Assembly (NCBI RefSeq): GCF_003704095.1 | Contig: NW_020844913.1 | Location: 1 to 64,000 of the forward strand | Length of the DNA: 64,000 nucleotides | Direction: 5' to 3' | Source: Pocillopora damicornis | Lineage: Eukaryota | Shown here: piece after piece, positions 39,101-49,099 of the stretch | How positions within the stretch are numbered: the stretch's first letter is position 1 | How the letters are laid out: each line of letters opens with the position of its first letter | Program-made: the position numbers and the translations under genes | The notes under the pieces: model-generated | Seen by the model: only the letters and a program-made list of their open reading frames with translations | Databases searched by the model: none | Told to the model about the DNA's origin: nothing

Positions 39101-42100
39101 TATATGTCGATAACGTCTATACTAATGACCATCTTGGTATTTAAGGTGAACTCGATAGAACTGAAGACTCAACTGAAAACAATGATGATCCTGATGATTA
39201 CTTCGGTATTGAGGACGAGCACAGTGATTATTCTAATGGTAAGCTTCCTGAAACTCAAAATTTTTTTATCAGAATAAGAATGATACTTATGTTACCTTTA
39301 GTACTAAAGGGGAGCCCCAGATAGTTCCACGAAACTTATAATGGTGAATAACCAAAGAGAGGGAGGACACTTACGTTTCTCTTGATGCTCTAGGTGAACT
39401 AGATGGCGATGAAGATATCGAAAGGAGTGAAAGTGAGGATGAGGACCTCATCCATAGTGAAGGTAAGCCTCAGAAAACTTTTTCGTGGAGATTGACATCG
39501 AAATAAAGATGATACTAACGGCTCTCATTGTGCTAAAGGTGAGCCAGATGGCGATGAAGATGCCGAGTGGAGTGACAGTGAAGAAGATGACTTCATTGAT
39601 AATGAAGGTAAGTCTTAGGAAAGTAACACAAAGATTGACATCGCAATTAGGATGATGCAATAACTCTCTTTATGCTAAAGGTGAGCTGGGCGGCGACGAA
39701 GATGTCAAATGGAGAGATAATGACGATATTGACCTCGTGGATAGCGACGGTAAGACCCACTAAACTTATCATGAAGATTGACATGGGAATTAAGATGATA
39801 CTATGGACTCTCTTTGTACTTAAGGTGAGCAAAATAGCGATGAAGATGCCGATTGGATAGACAGTGAAGATGATGACTTCATCGACAATGAAGGTAAGCT
39901 TAATGAAAGTAACATGGAGTTTGGCATTGGAGTTAAAATGATACAAATGACTATTTTTGTGCTAAAGGTGAGCCGGATGACGATAAAGATGTCGAGTGGA
40001 GAGATAGTCACGATGATGGCCCCGTCGATAGTGATGGTAAGCCCCATAAAACTTATCCTGAGAATTGACATCGGAATAACGATGACATTAACAACTCTCT
40101 TTATGCTACAGGTGAGACTGATGGTGATGAAGATATCGAGTGGAGTGACAGTGATGATAATTCTATTGATAGTGAAGGTAACCCTTATGAAACAAATCAT
40201 AAATTCCACATCAGAACTAGAATTACACTAACGACTCTCTTTTTGCCAAAGGTGAGCCGGATGGCGATGATGATACCGATGGGAGAGTCAGTGACGATAA
40301 TGACCTCATCAATAGTGAAGGTAGGCCTCATAAAAATTACCATAGAGATTCACATCATAATCAAGATGATGTAAACGGCTCTCCCTGTTCTAAAGGTGAG
40401 CCAGATGGCGATAAAGATGTCGAGTGGAGGGACACTAAAGATGATGACCTTATCGATCGTAAAGGTAAGCATTATGAAAGTAACGTGAAGATTAACATCG
40501 GAATTAAGATGATACAAATGACTATCTTTGTGCTAAAGGTGAGCCGGATGGCGATGAAGATGTCGAATGGAGAGACAGTGACGATGATGACCTCGTTGAT
40601 GATGATGGTAAGTTCCCCGAAACTTATCCTAAAGATTAACATCGAATTTAAGATGATACTAACGACTTTATTTGTGCTACAGGTGAGCGAGATAGCGATG
40701 AAGATGCCGATTGGAGAGACGGTGAAGATGATGACTTCATGGATAGTGAAGGTAAGCTTTATGAAAGTAACATGAAGTTTGATATCGGAGTTAAGATAGC
40801 ACAATTGACTATCTTTGTGCTAAAGGTGAGCCGGATGGCGACGAAGATGTCGAATGGAGAGACAGTGACGGTAATGATCTCGTCGCTAGTAACGGTTAGC
40901 CTAATGAAACTTATCATGAAGATTCAAAACGGAATCAAGATGATACTAACGACTCTCTTTGTGCTACAGGTGAGCCACATAGCGATGAAGATGCCAATTG
41001 GATAGATGGTGAAGATGGTGATTTTATCGATAGTGAAGGTAAGCTTTATGAAAGTAACATGGAGTTTGACATCGGAATTGAAATGATACAAACGGCTTTC
41101 TTTATACTAAAGGTGAGCAGGATGACGATGAAGATGTCGAGTGGAGAGACAGTCAAGATGATGGCCCCGACGATAGTGATGGTAAGCCTCATGAAACTTT
41201 TCATAAAAATTGGCTTCGGAATAAGGATGATATTAACAACTCTCTTTGTGCTACAGGTGAGACTGATGGTGATGAAGATATCGAGTGGAGTGACAGTGAT
41301 GATAATTCTATTGATAGTGAAGGTAACCCTTATAAAACAAATCATAAATTCCACATCAGAACTAGGATTACACTAACGACTCTCTTTTTGCCAAAGGTGA
41401 GCCGGATGACGATGCAGATACCGATGGGAGAGACCGTGAAGATAATGACCTCATCGATAGTGAAGGTAAGCCTAATAAAAGTTACCATGAAGATTCACAT
41501 CGTAATCAAGATGATGTAAACGACTCTTCCTGTTATAAAGGTGAGCCAGATGGCGATGAAGATGTTGAGTGGAGAGACAGTGAAGATGATGACCTTATTG
41601 ATAGTGAAGGTAAGTCTTACGAAAGTAACGTGAAGATTGACATCGGAATTAAGATGATGCAAATGACTATCTTTGTGCTAAAGGTGAGCCGGATGGCGAT
41701 GAAGATGTCGAATGGAGAGACAGTGGCGATGATGACCTCATTGATAATGATGGTAAGCTCACCGAAACTTATCATGAAAATTGACATCGGAATTAAGATG
41801 ATACTAACGACCCTCTTTGTGCTACAGCTGAGCAAAATAGCGACGAAGATGCCGAGTGGAGCGACAGTAAAGATGATGACTTCATGGATAGTGAAGGTAA
41901 GCTTTATGAAAGTAACATGGAGTTTGACATCGGAATTAAGATGATACAAATGGCTTTCTTTGTGCCAAAGGCAAGCCGGCTGGCGATGAAGATGTCGAAT
42001 GGAGAGACAGTGACTATGATGACCTAGTCGATAGTGATGGTAAGTCCCATGAAACTTTTCATGAGAATTGACATCGGAATTAGAATGATATTAACAACTC

Positions 42101-45100
42101 TTTTTGTGCTATAGGTGAGGCACATGGCGGTGAGGATCTCGAGTGGAGTGACAATGATGACATTTCTATTGATAGTAAAGGTAACCCCAATGAAAGTAAT
42201 CACGAAGTTCACATCAGAATTACGATAATACTTACAGCTCTCTTTGTGCTAAAGGTGAGCCGGATGGTGAGAAAGACACCGATTGGAGAGACAGTGAGGA
42301 TGATGACCTCATCGATAATGAAGGTAAGCCTCAGAAAACTTTTTCATGGAGATTGACATTGAAATTAAGATGAACTGAAGGCTGTCATTGTACTAAAGGT
42401 GAGCTAAATGACGATGAAGATGTCGAGTGGAGTGGCAATAAAGATAAAGACTTCATTGAAGGTAAGCCTTATAAAAGGAACATGAATATTGACATCGGAA
42501 TTAAAATGATACAAATGACTATCTATGTGCTTAAGGTGGGCAGGATGTCGATGAAGATGTCGAATGGAAAGAGAGTGACGATGATGGCCAAGTTGATAAC
42601 GATGGTAAACTCTCCAAAACTTATCATGAAGATTGACATCGGAACTAAGATGATATTAACAACTCTCTTTGTGCTACAGGTGAGCGAGATAGCGATGAAG
42701 AGGCCGAGTGGAGGGACAGTGAAGATGATGACTTCATGGATAGTGAAGGTAAGCTCTATGAAAGTAACATAGAGTTTGACATCGGAATTAAGATGATACA
42801 AATGGCTTTTGTTGTGCTAAAGGTGAGCCGGATGAATATAAAGATACCGAGTGGAGAGACAGTGAGGATGATGACCTCATCGATAATGAAGGTAAGCCTC
42901 AGAAAACTTTTTTATGGAGATTGACGTTGAAATTAAGATGATACTGAAGGCTCTCATCATGCTAAAGGTGATGGCGATGAAGATGTCGAGTGGAGTGGCA
43001 GTGAAGATGATGACTTCGTTGATACTGAAGGTAAGCCTTATGAAAGTAACATGAAGATTGACATCGAAATTAAAATGATGCAAATGGCTCTCTTTGTGCC
43101 AAAGGTGGACAGGATGTCGATGAAGATGTCGAGTGGAGAGACAGTGACCATGATGACCTCGTTGATAATGATGGTAGGCTCCCTGAAACTTATAAAGACT
43201 GACATCGGAATTAAAATGATACTAACGACTCTCTTAAACGACTCTCCCTGTTATAAAGGTGAGCCAGATGGCGATGAAGATGTCGAGTGGAGAGATAGTG
43301 AAGATGATGACTTCATCGATAGTGAAGGTAAGTCTTACGAAAGTAACGTGAAGATTGACATCGGAATTAAAATGATACAAATGACTATCTTTCTGCTAAA
43401 GGTGAGCAGGATGGTGACGAAGATGTCGAATGGAGAGACAGTGACGATGATGACCTCGTTGATAATGATGGTAAGCTTCCTGAGACTTAGCATAAAGATT
43501 GACATCGGAATTAAGATGATATTAACGACTCTGTTTGTGCTAAAGGTGAGCCAGATAGCGATGAAGATGCCGATTGGAGAGACAGTGATGATGATGACTT
43601 AATCGATAGTGAAGGTAAGATTTATGAAAGTTACTAAAGTTTAACATCGGAGCTAAGACCATACAAATGACTATCTTTGTGCTACAGGTAAGCAGGATAA
43701 TGATGAAGATGTCGAGTGGAGAGACAGTCACGATGATGGCCTTCTCCACAGTGATGGTAAGCCCTATGAAACTTATCCTGAAAATTGACATCGGAATAAG
43801 GATGATATTAATAACTCTCTTTGTGCTTCAGCTGGGGCAGATGGTGATGATGATATCGAGTGGAGTGACAATAATGATAATTCTGTTGATAGTAAAGGTA
43901 ATCCTTATGAAACAAATCATAAATTCCAAATCAGAACTAGGATTATACTAACGACTCTTTTTTTGCCAAAGTTGAGCCGGATGGTGATGAAGATATTGAT
44001 GGGAGAGACAGTGAAGATAATAACCTCATTGGTAGTAAAGGTAAGCCTTATGAAAGTTACCATGGAGATTCACATCGCAATCAACATGATGTAAACGACT
44101 CTCCCTGTTATAAAGGTGAGCCAGATGGCGATGAAGATGTCGAGTGGAGAGATGGTGAAGATGATGACTTCATCGATAGTGAAGGTAAGCCTTACGAAAG
44201 TAACGTGAAGATTGACATCGGAATTAAGATGATACAAATGACTATCTTTCTGTTAAAGGTATGCCAAGTGGCGATGAAGATGTCGAATGGAGAGACAGTG
44301 ACGATGATGACCTCGTTGATAATGATGGTAAGCTTCCTGAGACTTATCATAAAGATTGACATCGGAATTAAGATGATATTAACGACTCTCTTTGTGCTAC
44401 AGGTGAGCCAGATAGCGATGAAGATGCCGATTGGAGAGACAGTGATGATGATGACTTAATCGATAGTGAAGGTAAGCTTTATGAAAGTAACTTCGAGTTT
44501 GACATCGGAATTGAGATGATGCAAATGGCATTCTTTGTGCTAAAGGTGAGCAGTATGGCGATGAAGATGCCGAATGGAGACACAGTGACGATGATGACCT
44601 CGTCGATAATGATGGTAAGCTCCCCGAAACCTATCACGAAGATTGACACCTGAATTAAGATGATACTAACGACTCTCTTTGTGCTACAGGTGAGCGACAT
44701 AGCGATGAAGATGCCAAGTGGAGGGAAAATGAAGATGATGACTTCAGCGATAGAACAGGTAAGCTTTATGAAAGCATTATGGAGTCTGACATCGGAATTA
44801 AGATGATAAAAGTGATTATCTTTTTTGCTAAAGGTGAACTGGATGGTGATAAAGACACCGAATGGAGTGACAGTGAGGATGATGACCTCATCGATAGTGA
44901 AGGTAAGCTTCATAAAAGCTATTATGGAGATTAACATTGCAATCAAAATTATATTAACAACTCTCCTTGTGCTTAAGGTGAGCTAGAAGGTGATGAAGAT
45001 ATCGAGTGGAGGGACAGTGAGGATGATGACCTCATTGATAGTGAAGGTAAGCCTCAGAAAACTTTGTTATGGTGATTGACGTCAAAATTAAGGTGATACT

Positions 45101-45940
45101 AACGGCTCTGTTTGTGCTAAAGGTGAGCCAAATGGCTATGAGGATGTCGAGTGGAGTGACGGTGGTGATGACTCTATTGATAGTGAGGGTAAGTTCCATG
45201 AAAGTAAGGTTTTCTCTCTCAATAACGCCAAAAGTAATGAGCTCTTGGCATTAAAGGTGAATTTGATGGAACGGAAGACCTTGATCACCATGATGATGAT
45301 AGAATTGACTACTCTGGTATCGAAGAGGAGCTCGTTGAAAATGAAGATTCGAATCAGAAAGAGGATACTCAGGACTCTTTCGATTTTGATGTTAAGCTTT
45401 GTTAAAGAAGATGAGCTCCAAGGTACGGGTGATTCGAATCATAAAGAAGATTTTGCTAATGACTCTTTATATATCTAAGGTGGTTCTGATGATAGAGATT
45501 GGGACCAGAATGAAGATGACTACTCTTTCGGCACTGAGGACGACCCTTATGAAAGTGAACATCCCAAACAGAATGAAAGAAATGCTGATGACTCCTCTTC
45601 TGAAGGTGAATCAAATGAGATTTTAGATTCAAATCATCACGTAGATGATATTGACAATTAATTCAAAACGATTGTAGATATCGAAGGTGCTCTCGATGCT
45701 AGAGACGACTTTCCAGAAACCGAAGCTTCAGATCCAGATACCGAAGATATTCGAAACGTCCCTAAATTTGTGGAGCATCACGCGCAATTTGAGGATACAG
45801 AGTGGAGTGATGATGATGACAAGGAGGGTTCTGGAGGCTTTGGAGTTCATAATAATAATGAAGGCATAGAAACTGCATGGTGGAATGACAACAATGAAAA
45901 CACTTTCGATGAGTTTGAAAATAATTTGGAGGAAATCTGA
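36183..45940 (+). CDS. Secreted hyper-acidic (Asp/Glu-rich) tandem-repeat protein encoded by ~50 exons; candidate skeletal organic matrix / Ca2+-binding protein
   Basis: Exon 1 (36183-36279) encodes MKLWVGIVFLVVSTQLGINA-RPIPRSKPLLND (signal peptide) with a phase-1 gtaggt donor. Phase-1 acidic exons then start at about 38388, 38647, 38855, 39011, 39146, 39394, 39539, 39681, 39825, 39968, 40112, 40252, 40396, 40539, 40683 and roughly every 144 bp to 44978 and 45123. They are followed by 45257-?, 45480-45605 and a terminal exon 45678-45940 (...FDEFENNLEEI*), with AATAAA at 46153. Every repeat exon I translated is stop-free with only in-frame indels. Confidence 0.8.
36313..37370 (+). mobile_element. 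Non-autonomous Crypton-like (tyrosine recombinase/DUF3504-type) element in intron 1 of the acidic-protein gene
   Basis: 5' ttctgattgg motifs; remnant ORF MAGVLSRFSF...NENTTFWFSVWKKWCLDKG...IENYEP...LLEPFYAKIKNKHG resembling the N-terminal region of Crypton-A/DUF3504 proteins; 3' hairpin ~37200-37358. Family assignment is from recall. Confidence 0.55.
36938..37155. mobile_element. MITE nested in the Crypton-like element
   Basis: Long imperfect TIRs: ataggccatcttccagttgtgtacttagttgctaagcctttga versus tcaaaggcttggcatccaagcacacaactgtaaaatggactat. Confidence 0.75.
38406..45256 (+). repeat. ~144-bp exon+intron tandem repeat, ~46 copies, with higher-order blocks of 1145 bp and 857 bp
   Basis: Unit is gtgagccggatggcgatgaagatgtcgagtggagagacagtgaagatgatgacctcatcgatagtgaag | gtaagc...gatgatactaacgactctctttgtgctaaag. 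Diagnostic variants recur at offsets of 1145 (40112/41257, 40539/41684) and 857 (43259/44116). Confidence 0.95.
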
Positions 45941-48004
45941 AACTTAAAGTGGAATGAGGACTTTTCTTTTTTTTCATGATAATGATGTTAATTTGATAAC
46001 TGTCAACTTGCTTTCGTGGAATCTATATTTGCGGGAGGGGGGTCTTTGATCAAGATTTTGCAGTGAAGGAAATATGTGGCCAATGAATGAGTGGAAATTT
46101 TGGTTTCTTTTTCTTAAAGTACAACTCCTTCTTCAGTTCTGGTATTCATAACAATAAAACTCTTTGACAGGTTGACAACACAATTTCTCTAAAGTGTGAT
46201 AATTCTCAACCAGTTCATGGATGATGGCCGATCATGCTTTGCGATAAATTTTTTGTCGTTTTCGCTCACTGCGTATTCACTGATCAAGCGCCTGACTTAG
46301 GCTATGGTTCAGTCGGCTTTAGGCTCAGCATCAAACATATTGTATTGCACAAATTTCATGTTATTAACGGTTCTCACTTTATTAGGAGTACCATTCATGA
46401 CCACGCTGAAAGCAAAATGATTATTCTTATCTATTGCATACCCCATGCATTTTTGTCAATTTTTCCGTGTTTTTAAGTTTTTTTTAGTTATTTCTCCCTC
46501 GTTCTCAATCCTTTCTCTTCCGTGCGTCACAAGAGAATAGTTGCTCCCTCAATTCGTGGACTTTTCTACAGATGTTTTGGTTTGAGTTGTGCTAATTGTT
46601 GCCCAGGGAGAGCCAAGTGGTTCTGACAGTTATATACGTACACAAGCTCCTAATATGTCTAATCCAAACGAAGTGCGAAACACCAGATAGACGACGCATT
46701 GGTGTTTTTAATTCGATTACTTTCCAAGAATATTATATCGACTTTTTTTGCATTATGAAAGGTTAGCAACAAAACACAACAACTAAGGAAATGGCAGGTA
46801 ACCATATATATCATGCATAGTGCAAGTAATCCAAAATATAAAGTCAGGGGCGCTCGTTTGTCGTAATCAAACTACACCGTGTTTTAAATCGGATAGATTA
46901 ACAATTTATCGGCTGCTACACTTGTTTTTGCCGTCAAGTCAAAAGGTCAATATTTTATTGAAACATTGCACTCTTCAAAATACTTCGTTAGGAAAATAAT
47001 ACTTTTCTTTTCCGGCATTAATTCAGTTACTACTGCAAAAGACTAATTTATTGCTAGAGACGACTGTCTGACATTTTTACCTTCGGCAATTTTCTGCACC
47101 ATGCGGCGATAATTACGTGATAAAGGGTTACTAAGTTGAGGTAAACACCTTTAAAAAGAACTCTTATTCCATGTTATGTTGTTGAAGCGATATCACTAAG
47201 CCGGTGGAGCTCAGTTTCCTTGATCATGTAAAGGAAAATATAAAATATAATTCGAAGACGAGTGGGTGAAAAGGGAAATAAGAGAGTTTATCTTCCCCCT
47301 CACTACTCCAACGTTAGCCTTCGCTCAATCTTGCGGTTAACCACTCACGATAAACAATTTCTCACGCGTGTCACTAGGTGCACGGACCAATATTTATCAT
47401 TAAGTGCGCTTTAAAATGAAGATTAAGTCACCATTTCAATATCAAAAATAGAAAGTAATCTTTTCTGGTGTCTTGCTCTGCTCTTAACAGAACCTTGTGA
47501 AAAGTAATAAGCATTTGCTTATGGACATCGCCGTCACTGTCATACGAAACCACACCCACTCGTTTCTAATCTTTTCCTTCGTCAAAGCGCCTAATTAGGC
47601 TACAGTTTTCAAAACAGTGAATGGAGTCCAATTTACGTCACGTCAGGGCATATGTGGCAAGGGAAAATGCTTAAAAAACTCTTAATGGGGAGTGCATTAA
47701 TAGTCCATTTTTGAGCCCATTGGTGAGCTGATTGAGAACATCAGCACCTACATCGAAGAATTTTAATGTGATATGCCTTCAGGGAATATTATCGCAGAAT
47801 AGAGAAGCATTTCAACAGAGGTCTTATGCAATTCCACACAACCGAACTTTGGTTCAAGATTACGCGAGAGTCGAGCTATACGGTAATTATTCACGCTAGC
47901 TTAAATTTCGTAGCCCTTAAAGGACTAATTGCTGTTGCACAGACCGTAGAGGAACTAGGAGCTTGATTCTCTTTGCAAAAGCTAACTTTGATAAAACAGA
48001 AAAT

Positions 48005-49099
48005 ATGATGAACTCAAACCAGACGCAGCCAAATTTGACAGGAGCTTCAGATATAGGGACAGTAACAATTGTGCAAGTGACATCGTATGCGCTCATAACA
48101 ATCCTCGGGACTGTTGCAAATTTACTGTTGTATGGTGCACTTCTGAGAAAAAAACAACGAAGCCCCAGCGAATATTTCGTGCTGAATCTGGCTTTTACCG
48201 ATCTCATGACGTGTGTAGTTGGGATTCCTTTAGATATGGCCGAAATTTTAATCCAGCGTTGGCCATTTGGAGCCTTCATGTGCAAAGTTGTGTACCCATT
48301 TCAGACGGCTTTAATAGGAGTATCAGTTGCAACATTGACATGCATGGCCATCGAGCGATATCGGGCCATTGTGACACCTTTCAAGCCAATGATAACAAAA
48401 AGAATGGTTAAGGTTGTGATATCCGCTGTTTGGTGCATATCTGGTGCTCTTGTGTCACCTTACATCGTTGTTCTTGAACATAAACGCGAACAGCTACAGT
48501 GCACCGAAGCGTGGCCAAGTGAGAACTATCCAAAAATGTTCACTATGTGTGTTTTTCTACTCTTTTACTCTCTGCCTCTGTGTATTATTGCCCCGGCATA
48601 CATTTGCATTGGATTCAGATTGTACTCTGACGGAAAAAAGATGAAACGATTCAGCATTAAACAAGGTGCTGGAAATCAGTCGTTCCGAAAGCTGGTGAGG
48701 CAGCGAACAAGGACGAATGTCATTATTGTGAAAACGTTTTTGTTCGGTGCTGTAGCGTTCTCCCTGTGCTTGTTACCCTATCACATTATGTGGTTATGGG
48801 CTGACTTCGGAAATGGTGCTCACTGGAGTTATTTTGGAGATGTACTGGTGTTTGCGAACGCTTTGGTGTATTTCAACAGTTTAGTGGACCCATTTATTTT
48901 TGGAGGCACTGTGATACGACACAATTGGAGTAAAACATGTGCGGCCATGCTTCAAAGGTGCTTGAATATTCAAATGGTTAACGAACGGCGAAAGACAAAC
49001 AACAACGTATCCCTAAAACAACAAAACTGCGATAATTCAACAAAAAAGCCGTACTTTAAGCTTCCAAACGCCCCCATTATTTATACTTCGTCCGTATGA
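48005..49099 (+). CDS. Intronless class A GPCR, neuropeptide-receptor-like (QRFP/NPFF/galanin-receptor-like; 364 aa)
   Basis: N-glycosylation sequons (NQT, NLT), NLAFTD, WPFGAFMCK, ERY, ECL2 CTEAWP, CLLPYH and NSLVDPFIF. First ATG is at 48005. Confidence 0.93.
   Translation: MMNSNQTQPNLTGASDIGTVTIVQVTSYALITILGTVANLLLYGALLRKKQRSPSEYFVLNLAFTDLMTCVVGIPLDMAEILIQRWPFGAFMCKVVYPFQTALIGVSVATLTCMAIERYRAIVTPFKPMITKRMVKVVISAVWCISGALVSPYIVVLEHKREQLQCTEAWPSENYPKMFTMCVFLLFYSLPLCIIAPAYICIGFRLYSDGKKMKRFSIKQGAGNQSFRKLVRQRTRTNVIIVKTFLFGAVAFSLCLLPYHIMWLWADFGNGAHWSYFGDVLVFANALVYFNSLVDPFIFGGTVIRHNWSKTCAAMLQRCLNIQMVNERRKTNNNVSLKQQNCDNSTKKPYFKLPNAPIIYTSSV

Noticed and set aside
38406-45256. CRISPR array or plain satellite interpretation of the regular repeat
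   Set aside because: There are no unique spacers and no cas genes, the context is eukaryotic, and the mutation pattern differs between sub-segments as expected for exons and introns.
39092-45869. ORF-track Met/Ile/Lys-rich and antisense Ile/Phe-rich ORFs (MKIDIGIKM..., MYHLNSD...)
   Set aside because: These are off-frame and antisense shadows of GAT/GAA-rich codons and cross the splice sites.
38336-45940. Decayed single-exon pseudogene of a 48-aa repeat protein
   Set aside because: In the units I read, stops and frameshifts are confined to GT...AG segments while the 69-nt segments stay open. The only unresolved spots are the degenerate unit at ~39310 and the exon boundary at ~45257-45480.
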